Of a stretch of DNA of 64,000 nucleotides, positions 1 through 11,879 are shown in pieces. Under the pieces are notes generated by a model that saw only the letters and a program-made list of their open reading frames with translations, made no database searches and was not told the origin of the DNA. A program made the position numbers and the translations under genes. This DNA is from Geosiphon pyriformis uo1 (taxonomy: Eukaryota; Fungi; Glomeromycota), in contig JAAOMT010000697.1 of NCBI GenBank assembly GCA_016748015.1, positions 825,152-889,151 of the forward strand, given 5' to 3'. The first letter of the stretch is position 1; every line of letters starts with the position of its first letter.

Positions 1-900
1 ATACTGGAGCTTGAATAAGCTTTTTTCTTAAGATGTCAAATGCTTCTTGCTGGGTTTCAGTCTATTCATACTTTGCATTTTTGGTTTGAAGATCATTGAG
101 TGGTTGTGTTATCTTTGAAAAGTTTTTTATGAAGCGTCTATAATATCTCACAAATCCCAAGAATAATTTCAGCTCGGTTATGTTGGTTGGTATTGGAAAG
201 TTTTTTACTATCTCTATTTTCTCCAGATCTGTTTTTATGCCATCTTTGCTAACTATGTGTCCCAAGAATTTTAGTTCTGTTTTGCCAAAAAAACACTTTG
301 TTGCATTCAATTTTAATCTTGCTTGTCATAGTCTTTCAAACACTTGTTGGAGATAATGTAGATGATCATCGAATGTTTTTGAGAACACATTGGTGTTATT
401 CAAGTATACAACTACTGATTTCCACAATAAGCCAGTATACACGATTTTCATTAGCTGTTGGAATGTAGCTAGAGCATTGGTTAAGCTGAATGACATAACT
501 TCAAACTCAAAGTTTTTCTCTCTTGTGGTGAATGCTGTTTTTTTTTTGTCGGCTAGATCCATGGCTACTTGCCAGTAACCACTATCTAAGTCTAATATTG
601 AGAACTATTTGTTTTTATCAAAAGCATCAAATAGTTCTTGTATTTGTGGAGTTAGATAGCTGTCTCCATAAGTTACACTATTGAGTTTCCTGTAGTCTAC
701 ATAAAATCGGATTTTTTCATTCTTCTTATAGACAAGTACTACTGATGATGACTATGGGCTTATTGATGACTGAATTAACCTATTGTCAAGCATTTGGTTG
801 ATTTCTTGACAGATAATTTCATGGCTGGCTAGTGGTACCCTATATGCTCGCTGTTTGATTGGCATTGCATCTCCAGTCTTAATCTGATGCTAGATAATAT
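1..900 (-). pseudogene. Reverse transcriptase remnant, copy 1
   Basis: PIKQRAYRVP, VDYRKLN, LDLDSGYWQ, YLNN (decayed YLDD), FLGFVRYYRRFI. Confidence 0.93.
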
Positions 901-1429
901 CAGTTCTGCCAAATTTATTTTCACTGGTAAAGATGTCATTGAAATTATTGAGTAATATCTTTAGTTGCATCTGTTGAAGTGGGTCTAGATTTCCCATGTT
1001 CATCTGTTCTAATTGTTCTGGCTGTAACAGATAATATTTGTTTTGTCTATAGATGGTTTGTAATGTAATGTCCACATATCCACAAAGCTGTGAAAAATCT
1101 AAAATGCTGCTTGGTGCTTGATCTTCAATTTCTGTGGTTAAATATCCAAGAGTGGTTCCTTCCGGTATCTCTACAACATTTCCAGTATTGTTGTAGATGG
1201 AAATTTTGATATGGTTATGGCTTTTGGCTGGTATGTGTAAAATTGATAAGTCCAATTTCTCCTAATTCACAAAGGGTTGCTTCTGCTTTAAAAATCTGTT
1301 CTTGTTCCTTCTTTCTTTTTTCTATTGCTAACATGTATTGACTATATTATAGAATAGAAATTGTTTGACTGGTTGAGATAATTTCTCTTTGGCCAATAAT
1401 TTCTTCCTCCACCATATTGACTGGTACAT

Positions 1430-1830
1430 CTATTCTACCTATTGATCCAAATCCCTGTATCCCTCTCATGGTTATCCCTAATTTTTTTCTATTTCCCACT
1501 GAAACTAACTGAGCAATTTTCACCAGAGGCAAGAATATTGTCTGTGCTATCCTTTTATTTGGCTCTATAACATAGGCCTTTTCTGAGTCATTTTGTAGCA
1601 TAGCAATAATATTTCCTACATATCCTGCATTAATTATTTCTCTTCTAATGTTTATTCCCTTTTTTGCTAAACTACTCCTAGATGCTAATTGAACTATTGT
1701 TGTTGCTGGAATTTCCAGTACTATTTTTAGATCAATACAAGTGCGTGAATGGGGTTCCAATTTGATGGTGTCTTTTCCTGGATATCTCAAATCAAATCCT
1801 GCATTAGTATCATGCGCACATTCTGGCATA
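1430..1830 (-). pseudogene. dUTPase domain in the polyprotein, copy 1
   Basis: All five trimeric dUTPase motifs recognisable: AGFDL, ASRSSLA, IINAGYVG (decayed IDAGY), RIAQ, RGIQGFGSIG. Confidence 0.93.
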
Positions 1831-3173
1831 ATACTTTCATCATTATCATTGAACCATTTCAGTTCTTGCTTTTTGGTGAGATTAGGAAGTGTGATATATT
1901 GTTTGTAGTTTGAATCAGAGTTGGAATCTGAGTTGGAATCATTGTCATAGCCATTTTGAACAGAGCTGGAATTATTATTTTTGTTATCATCATTGTCAGA
2001 GTTTGAATCAGAGTTGGAACTCGATTCCAATTCTGATGTGCAGTTGTTAATTGGTTCTTCTTCTTCGGGGATTGTGTAGATCATGTATGGTAGTGGATTG
2101 TAGATGAGATCACAATCATCACAGAATTGGAAGTCACATGGAATCAAACAGTGATCACATAATCAGGTGTTAATTTCTTCTAAGCGTTGCTCTTGCTCTT
2201 TTCTCATGAGTGCTAGATTCTAATAGTGTTCATGGAATTCTTCTGGGCTGTTTTCTAAGTCAATAAAGGTGTCCAGGTTGAGAACCAAAACAATGTCTGT
2301 TGGTTTTAGAGGGTTATTTTTGATCTCCAGAATTTCACTAGACAAAGCGCCTTTTACTTTGGTGTTGACCATTTGCCAAATCTCATCTTCATCATGTAGA
2401 TAGCTGTCTAAGTGGAATATAGCTCAGTGCCATGCTGCTGTGATGAGCATACCACAACTCACCCAGTCACTGATGAGGATCGTGTATTGGCACAAAGTGT
2501 TGTACATTCTTTTTCGACCAGAAATGTTGTTCTATATTCCTTCATCGAGTAATTGTTTGCCGCAAGTAAGACATGATTTGTTGTCCCACTTGCCTTGTCT
2601 TTTTGGGTAGCCATATCATTCCCTATGGCAGGACTTACAATAATAATGGGTTTGCATCCAGTAGTTTTTGTCTGGCACTACCCAAGCTCCCATTGAAGAC
2701 AGTTTCTTCTCACAGTTCTTGTATTTGAGAAGTATATATGGCGGCTTTTTTATTGGTTCATGTGAGTATTTTTTTTTCTAGCCACTAGTTATTTCTTCTG
2801 CAGTGATGGTTTTTTTAGGTATGTTTTTTTCTCTTCCTTTTCCTTTTTCTTTGTTCTTTTCTTTCCAATCTAGAATTGGTGGCATCTCACTTTGGTTGTT
2901 GTCAGTCCAAGTGTCGATGGTGGCTTCCCAGGTAGATTTTTTTCTTTGTTTCTTCTTTTCATTGTCATTGTTGTCCCAGACAAATATTGGCAGCAGTTCA
3001 TTGTGGTCGACATTGGTCCACAAGACTTGGTATGCTTCTTAGGTGGGTTTCGCTTTTTCTTCCTCGAATTCGATAAGTAGTGTTGATGACATGGTGATGG
3101 GCTTGAAGTGGCCACACATGGCTGGTACTCATGTGTGTTAGCCATTCTGGCTAAGCTGGAGCTTTTGGGTGTT

Positions 3174-3587
3174 TCAATCTAGGGTCGTGTTGGTTTTGGA
3201 CAGCCAGTTGTTCCCAATGAGTGCTTGGTATTGAGTGGCTTCCATGATGAGTACTTTGATTGGTACTATGATGCTGTTGACTTCTATGGGGAAATTATTA
3301 ATCTCTCTAATGGGTGTTTTGGTCGCTCCATCGGCTGTAATAATCCTGATGCTGGCAGCACAATTAACTTGGTGACCTAATTGATCCATGAGTTGTCTTG
3401 TGATAATGCTGCCAGCTGATCCACTATCTAGAATCAGTTTGATGGAGTGACTATCAACTTTCACATCAGTGTACATCACGGTGATAGGTTTTTCTTCGAG
3501 TGTTGCTCTACTGAACAAAGGTGGGTTGATGGTTTCTTCCAATTTGAAAGAAAAGATGACTGCAAGAGATTTATTTTCGGTAACCAT
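3174..3587 (-). pseudogene. Retropepsin-type aspartic protease remnant, copy 1
   Basis: IKLILDSGSAGSII and ALIGNNWL motifs. Confidence 0.92.
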
Positions 3588-4091
3588 TGCTAGTAGAATA
3601 TTGTTAGTCAGTGTTGTTTAGAGTGAGTTGGATTCCGAGTTGTTGGTGGCAGTATCTTCTGGGGTAACCAGAAGACTTAAATAGTTCTGGAAATTCGGAT
3701 TTTGGGTGAAACCAGTACCTGGATTTCGCTGTCAAAAGCCTGATGATTAGTAAGAGGAGCTGGGGATCAGTTGATGAACAACTATTGCCAATCTCCAGTT
3801 TTAAGTGATTCTAAGTCTTGGGTTTCCTGATGTCATTTGAGTGGGATTTTGGAGTGGTGTTTGAATTGGTTGTTGGGGCTGATAAATTATTTGGGAGTGT
3901 GGCTGATAAATTACTGGTGGCTGTAATTGATAAATTGGAGGTTGATATACTGGCAGTTGATAGATTGGTTGCTGCATCATTGGCAGGTAATTGGTTTGAT
4001 ATTGGTCTTGATTTGGGTAGTAATTCTGAGTCTGAAATCTGTGATCAGGGTTTCAATATTGATTTCCTAATCATGAATTGTTGCTATAAAA

Positions 4092-5879
4092 TCAACAATC
4101 GGCTCTAATGTAACCTTGTTTACCACAGTTGTGGCAAACATGTGTTTCTGGCTGCCATGGCTGATTGGGTAATGATAATGATGATGTTGATGAACGTGGC
4201 TGATTTTGGAAACGATTCATGTTTCCTGAATTATTGTGTTGTTGTGGTGGTTGATAGATTACACAATTGTCAGTTAAGTATCCCTCTAGTTTCTGATTAA
4301 TTGTATCACTGAATTGTTTCAGTTTGGAATCCAAGTCAGATGATCTGTTCATTACTAAATTTACAGTTTGGGCATGGTTGGCTTCTAACTCAGCTGCTTC
4401 AAAATCTCTGGCATGGGTAATGGCAGTTGGGAGGTCAATTGGATGCATTAAATGTACTTGCTGAAGGATGCTACTGCGCAATCCTCTAATGAACTGGTTC
4501 AAGATCTGTGGCACTGTAAAGTAATCAGCTTGGATTGCCTGAATTTGGCGCAGATTTCTATGAAAGTGTCCCAAGTAAGTGGTGACTGCTTCTGTGTCCC
4601 CTTGTTTGATGGTAATGAATGTGTTGGTCAAGCAATTGATACTATTGTTATTATTAAAGTATCTCAAGAATTCTGTTTTGAACTCATTAAAGATTTGTGG
4701 TTTGGCAGTTAGGCTTTAATACCACGAGTTGGTGGTATCTTTGAGAAAATAAAGGATTACTTAAAGGGTTTTACTATCATTCTATTCATTGGCTACTATG
4801 GCTTTTTCAACATCATTGAGCCATATTTGGGCGTCGTCCTCTTCACTGGTAAAATTGTCAAGTTTTGCAATTGGTGCGTAGGCCATTGGATCTAAGTTGG
4901 GTTGTTGTGGTAGTAATTGAAGTGGTTGTTGTTGCACAGGTTGTTGGGGTGATAGTTGAAATGGCAGTTGTATGGGTTCGGCTATTGGATTAATTGGTGG
5001 TTGATCAATGATGATTACTGGAGGTAAGTTTTGTTGATTTATTAAATCAGGGTTTCAATTATCCTGAGTTGGCAGTGTCTGAATGTTTGGAGTTTTGATT
5101 TCCAGATTTTCTTGGTTTAGATTTTGCTGGGTTTGAAGATTCAGGGTTTCAAATTCCGGGTTTTCAGTAATCAGGTTCTGGTAAGTGAATTCTTGATCTT
5201 CAGCTTCTTCTTCTTCCTTTTCTTCTGATTCCATTACTTCCCACAGATCAGAAATTCTGAAATCTGGAGGTGGTGGTGGTGATTGGAGTTCTGATGGTGT
5301 TGATAATCATGAGTTAAATCCTTCAAAATACACACCATATGGTCCTAATAACTCTGTTTTTCTTTGTTTACTTTGAAATGGGAATCATCCAAATGCTAAT
5401 GTCATGTTTGATGTGGCTGCGCCAATAGATGTAATATTAATGGCACTTCTGAATGTATAGTAGTATAATGGATTAGCTAGGGACTCAATTCTTGTTTTCT
5501 TCCAAGTAGGTGGTTGTATTCTATTGGGTGTTACTGCTGGTGTTTGCAGTTTTCCTTTGCCTTTGCTCGTGTAAGTAATGGGGTATCTTTGCTGTGTGTG
5601 GTGTTTAATTTCTTTGTTGATTTCCATAATGATGAAGGCAAAATTGTGATTTGTTGGCAGATTGGTATTTTGAATTAATTTACTATAAAAGACTTCTCTT
5701 GTCAATTCAATATTTACTGGTGTTCTTAACAGATAAGCAATTCTTTCGTTGATGTAAAAATTGAAAGCTGATTCCATTGATATGTGGTTGTGATTTAATC
5801 CCAAATGTTGACAGTAGTGTTGAAATAAAGATTTCACAAATCCTAAATGGTTTGCTCTTATGTTTTCTGATTCTGCCAC
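4092..5879 (-). pseudogene. gag remnant, Gypsy copy 1
   Basis: ORF pieces 5385-5879 and 4092-4667: retrotransposon capsid-like IKQGDTEAV...QFIRGL, zinc knuckle, Q/P-rich linker. Confidence 0.88.
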
Positions 5880-5919
5880 TTTTAGATTTGTGTTGGTGCT
5901 GGTTCTCTGTAGGATTATA

Positions 5920-5936
5920 CCTCACAGAGAGCACCA
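5920..5936 (-). promoter_or_regulatory. Primer-binding site (TGGTGCTCTCTGTGAGG), possibly elongator tRNA-Met
   Basis: Starts with TGG 2 nt inside the LTR end; + strand reads CCTCACAGAGAGCACCA, a tRNA-like CCA 3' end. tRNA identity is inferred from remembered resemblance only. Confidence 0.75.
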
Positions 5937-5938
5937 AA

Positions 5939-6808
5939 TATTATAGGTGACTATTTCTGGTGTTGGATTAGATAACAAACCTGTAACTTGATGCTTAAAT
6001 CTAGTTGCAGTTGATAGTGATCTGAAGGTTTGTGTCTGACAGGTTGTATTTGAAGGGTTTGGTTAAGTTCTTTGTATAATGAACAGAGATTCAATGGTAA
6101 TAGTTTTATCTATAGCTTTCCAAAACTGCAGTTTCATCAATTTTTTTCTCAGCTTGATGGCCAGTATTTCTCTTGGTAAGCTATCCTCAATCAAGTGTTC
6201 TACCCTTATTTCTGGGTCTTTTACCAGTCATGTTTATCCTGACGTCAGTACCTCACGCGTTAATCCTTAATAGAGTTAGTAAACAACAATAAAATCAAAG
6301 CAAAAAATAAAAAATAAAATAAAAAATAAAGAAAGAAAAGAAATAAGCCAAGACAATTTGCAAGTTAGTATTTTATCAATAGCCATAATCAAGAGCTATT
6401 GTTCCAGTGTGGTTAAGTATCAATTACTATCAACATAAAGTGTTGATAATAGCAGTGGGTTTGAGATAACAAACAGTTATTTATTTGTGATTTGGAAAGT
6501 TGTCTAGATGAAATATAAACTGAGAGGTCTGTCTTTTTAGCTTCTAATCCTACTGCTATATATACATAATTAAGATTCTTTAATTCCTCAATTCTTTACA
6601 ACAGGAATTCTGGGATTCCTGGAATCCTGCAATTTTTTTGAGAGGAATTCTGGAATTCTGGAATCCTGCGATTCTTTGTGAGAATTCTGTAATTTCTGGA
6701 ATCCTGGAATTTCTGAGAGGAATTCTGGAATTCCACATTTTACTATGTCTACTTCTAATTGGTTAATAACTATGCTAATATATATTCCTTATATTTCTAT
6801 AAGTAGCA
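5939..6808 (-). repeat. 5' LTR of Gypsy copy 1 (870 bp)
   Basis: Both ends align to the solo LTR at 56828-57697, with the same length. Termini decayed to TGCTAC...ATAATA. Followed by the PBS. Confidence 0.92.
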
Positions 6809-9800
6809 ATGGGTCGTAAAAGATCTGCCACAGAAGTAGTGAAAACACTTCCTCTTGATCTAGACTATTATGCACAATATAACCATCAGACAGACCAAAG
6901 TCCATCATAACTCGATTGCATCTTCCATTGTGTATACCACCAAAAAAGTTTATGAAGTGGGAGCACATTTTGATCCTGATTAGACTGTTTTGCAAATGGG
7001 CCCAACTAACAGAGTCATAAACTTTGTGTATATCTTGAAGAACCAACCACAACTCTCTATCTTTCTCCAAAGTATTTTCAACAATTGAGCCAACAGCAAA
7101 AATTGGGGATTGTGTGGAAGTGCCATTCAATACTGAGAAGTTGTCACTCTACAAAACGTCAAACCTACTATAAGCCAAAAAAATTCTGTCTGAAAGAATT
7201 TTAGACAAAATTTTCCAAGCGGTCTTAACCAGTGCTATTGATCTAGTGTTGGTGAGAGTGCCTTTCCAATCATATGGTTTAGGAATCATGGAGATCCAAG
7301 ATTTTCTCCACTATATAAGAACACTACTAGATTTTAAACACCTATTGAGTAAACTCAGAAGACTATTGAGAACCAGAGAACCATTGTGTTTCCATAGTTT
7401 ATTGGGAATTCCAGAAAGTCTAGCAGTCTTGCCATCAGACAATTTCTTGACAACCACCAAAAGTTTGTCCAGACTAATATCACTCATGATTCCTGAGAAT
7501 ACATTATTGGCAATGTAATTCAAAAGAATGTATTGGTCAAGCCACCGAGCCGGGAGGACACCAGAGACTAAGCACTTTCTTGTCTAACTTTTCTGAAAGG
7601 CCAATCTAGAATGCTTTTTATCATTTTCCCCTTATCTGAACAAAAATTTTCCATATGCTTTGCCACAGCCACTCTAATGAACTCATCTCTAACAACCCTG
7701 AATTCATGATATTTGGATTTGTGATATCCTTTTTTAACAACTGAAATGTGATGTACAATGTCCTTAATCTTAGTGTTCCCATTAATTATACTTTAATTCT
7801 TGAATGCTTCAACATTGTCTAAGTCTGTCCAAGTGTTAACTAAACAGTCAGTCTTCAAACTTAGGCCAGTTTTCATACTATTGACAATCTTGGACATTAG
7901 CAGTTCTAACCCATGAAATTTTAAAAAGGTCTTGTTCCTTACACAATCAAATTCACTATACCAGAGTTTAAAGAAAATTGCATTAGCAGAACTAATTGTT
8001 ATTTCCTTGAGAACATTCCATATGTCATCTAAATCACCACAACTTTTTGCATCATGAAATACAACTAACTTCTCCAAAAACTTGACTGAAAAACATTCCA
8101 TAAAATGCCCCCAGCCATCAGCATCCACATTTTTCAGCTTGAATTTCCAGTGATCTATATTAGCATGCTTATGTATGCTGGCCAAACGCATGTCTAAAAG
8201 ACCATCCAAGCTCACTGAAACTGAAACAGCTCTATGATCAGTGTCAAAAAACTCAGTCACAAATTCCACTTTGTTGCTGGCCACAGCTGAGATTAGACTT
8301 TCACTAACAAAAACATGGTCAATGATCTTCTCAATACTTCTCAAATTGCTCCACATAAAAGCTTCAGCCAAAGAATGTCCACCAAAAGAATTGACTAAAC
8401 CTAGACTTGAACAGAACCCAAAACTCACACTTCTTATTGATTTGCCCTTGTTGAAATTACCTCCCAAAACAACAAAATTATTAGAATTAACCATCCAATC
8501 AATGAAGAAATTAATACTGGGTGCCTGTCCAAACTGGTCACCAGGAAAAGCACAAGCATACAAACCAACAATTGAGACTGATACTTTGCCTTTGAAAAGA
8601 AGACACACCAAAATAACATGACCAGGGACCTCCTCTATCTTGAAAACATGTTAAGCTAGAGAACTGTTCATAATTATTGCAACCCCAGTCCCAAGATACC
8701 CATTATCCAGACCAGATATAAAAATGCACACATTATTAAATTTGTTTATAATCCATGGTCTAATGTTAGACCTCAATTTTGTTTCTGTAACTATAGACAC
8801 TATATTACCAGACTTTTTGTGCCAACAAATAATGTTATTCTGCTTAGTAAAGACATTAAGACCCCAAATATTACACATAGCAAACTTCTATACCAACTCC
8901 ATCATTAAGAAAAAAGAGCAAAAGAAACTAAACCAGCATTGTTGATTTTGGCTGAGAGGCCCATAACTGTGATTGAAAGATTTTTCAGAGTATCTTCCAT
9001 CTTAGAAACAACTGAAGCATCAAAAACTGCCACTCCCGCAATAATCTCACTACTAGTGGCCATGTCTAAACCCTCACTTATTACTATATTCACCTCTTAA
9101 TTCTGTGATGAAAGTGTTACCAATGGCTGACATCCAGGGCTAGACTGGGAAATTATTGGCTTAGGTGAGTCTAATCTCTTAGCCAACTTGTCAACACATT
9201 CCACAAGGCTGGCAAGACTACGCTTAAGAGTGGCAAATCTATCATTTAATTCCTTAGACACCATTGGAATAGGTTTTATCTCTGAAGAGGAACCAGAATT
9301 AACCAAACTATTACAGCCAAAAAAGGGAGAGAAAGAGAACCCACTCACAATACTTGCCCATGAAGCACTACCAAAAGTAACAGGCCTAGCAACTGGAGCT
9401 GAATGTTTGGCATAAATGACTGCCAGTCTACTTTTATCTATATCCGAAAGTGTCTAACATGGCAATCTACCAAAAAGAAAATTTTCACTAGAAGTATAGA
9501 CCAAAGAAGTATAACCCAACTTCCTATACTTCATCCATACAGCTGAGCCAAGATGAGACCAATGAAGATGAGCATCTCTTAACACAGGAGCAGTACCCAT
9601 GATGGCATCCAATAATTCAGCTAACCCAAAACAAACAATGGCACATTTGGCTTAAACATATGTGACTGGATGGTAATCAATCACACAAGTCTTTCTACCC
9701 ACAGAGTCAATATAATCCCAGATATTATGAACATTGGTTTCCACAGAAAGAGTATAAAGCAGTACCTTATATAAATCCCTAGAGTCTGACGTTTGTTTAT

Positions 9801-10835
9801 CAAGATCAGTCTTGGCCATACAAACAGCATTTTTTCCAATAAGGATAAACCATTTGGAAGCTAAAAGATCAGCCTGATTCTGATCTTCAAACTCAATGAT
9901 CACTTTCTGCCATAGGTCTACTAGCTGCATCTTAACTGATTTAATTATCCCGAATTTGGAAAGCACAGCATGCATAGCCTCAACCAATGTTCCAACAGGA
10001 ATTTTTTTTACCACCACAGCCCAATCTGAATGTCCAGATGATTTTTTGAGATCAGTGTTCACCAGGATCTTCACATCAATAGCCAACTTGGTAGCCTTCA
10101 TTAAACTCAATTTGGAAGTGAATGTCACCTTGACAATCCCAGCATATTTTGAGGGAGTAGAGACTCCCCCAAAACCAATAATTCTTGAAAACAATTTTCT
10201 GACCACCTGAAGCTTTTCATGAGAGAATTTCCCAACCACCTTGTCCAACCTAATATCTAAAGCAAAAGATTTCCAAACAAAAATGTTGACCAAATTCTTT
10301 ACAGATAGTAAAAGCACCAGAGGGGCATCCAAAAGAACATCATCATTATTACTGCTTGGAGAAAAGTTAATTTTTCCCAATGGTTTACCCAATGCCTTTT
10401 TGGTTTTGACTTTTGAGCTCATAGATATCTGATCATAATCTCCCCCAGCAAGAGCACCACTTTTACTATAATTGAAACTGGTTTTCTCAATCAGACATTC
10501 CTCCTCCATATTAATACTCTTATACTTAGTGGTATTATCAGTCTCTGAACCCCATGAGTGATTACTTTGAACTTTAAAACCAACATTTTTACTACCAGAA
10601 CCATCTTCTAAAATGCTGCCTCTCTTTTTCTTTTTCAGAAGAACAGATCTGAAACCATCACTAGAACCAAAAACTTTGGTAGCCTTCTTTATGACAACAA
10701 TACTACAGCCAACAGTAGCCTCATAATCGAGAATAAAAGATTTAGATTTATCATACTCAATTGTAAAAACTTCTTTCAGAAAACTCTTGATTCTTTTTTT
10801 AGAATTTTTGGAACAAAAGAGAGAAAGAAGTTTTA
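6809..10835 (-). mobile_element. Degenerate LINE copy 1 (5' UTR, ORF1, APE endonuclease, start of RT), interrupted in RT by Gypsy copy 1
   Basis: ORF1 pieces 9652-10509, 9097-9348, 8905-9093. APE motifs CNIWGLN, TETKL, GGNFN, IDHVF, TDH. RT ...QDIHKVYDSV...LDQEEVFSLLLWQIFYDP cut by the LTR at 6808/6809. Confidence 0.92.
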
Positions 10836-11879
10836 TATAGTATTAATATTATTTTTATATAATATAAATATTATATATTAAATATAAATTATTAAAAAAA
10901 CCTTTTTTTTTCTATTTTTATAACTATTGTTATTAGTAAAAATTTGAAATATTATTTAGTATAAAATTATTTTTATAATTTTTATTATTAATTAGTATAT
11001 ATTATTATTTCAAATTATTATTAATTATCTTATCAAATTATTTAAATTATTATTTAATTAATCTAATTTATACAAAACATAAATATAACCAAATTATAAT
11101 AATTAAATTATGTAATATCTTAAATTATATAATATTTAAAATTCAGTAAAAAATTTAAAAATTTGATAAAATATTTAACAATTCATTAAAATAATTTATA
11201 GTTTATAAAAATAACTTGTAATTTAATAAAATATATTTTTAATTTACCAAAAAATAAAAAAAAATGCTAAATTATAGAATAATATTACAACAAATTATTT
11301 AAAAAAAGAGCTTTTTTTTCGAAAAAATGTATTTTAGTTCAGTATTAATTTATTATTTAAAAACAAATAAAAAAAAATCATTTTAAAATCCAAATTTTTA
11401 ATTATTATAACTTTATAATTAATTATTTCATATTAATACTTTGAAATTAACTAGTTACTAATTTTAATAACTATTAATAACTTCTAAGTTTAAATTTTTT
11501 TAAAACACATTTCTTGTTTTTTTTTTTAATTTAATTTTTTTATTTTTTTCATATTATTAAGTAGTCTATAATCGAGATTTTCTGTAAAAAATTTAACTTT
11601 TACAACAAAGTAACTACATATAATTGGAAAGCTTACAGATAAAATTTTTTTGTAAAAAATTTGATTTTTACTACAAAGTAATTATATAAAATAATTAACA
11701 TAGAATTGATTATTTTATTATAAGTTTAATAATATACACAATTTAAAGTATAAAAAAATACTTTGAAAAAAAAATTAATTTATCAAAGATTCATCAGCTT
11801 TTATTAACAATAAAAATAATAGTAAAATAGTATTAACAATATTAAAAAAAGAATAATTTTTTTTGGTAATACTACAATT

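Larger units (their letters stand above)
1..6808 (-). mobile_element. Degenerate Ty3/Gypsy LTR retrotransposon, copy 1 (5' LTR through RT; 3' part lies left of the window)
   Basis: Order on minus strand: LTR 6808-5939, PBS, gag with CCHC (CHNCGKQGY..ADC), protease (LILDSGS), dUTPase, RT (KTAFTT...VVVYLNN...KCFFGKTELKFLGHIVS). Many stops and frameshifts. Confidence 0.95.

Noticed and set aside
5920-5936. tRNA gene fragment
   Set aside because: Only the 17-nt CCA end, adjacent to the LTR; it is a PBS.
6604-6735. CRISPR-like palindromic repeat array
   Set aside because: Units are about 9 bp without unique spacers, lie inside LTRs, and the locus is eukaryotic with no cas genes.
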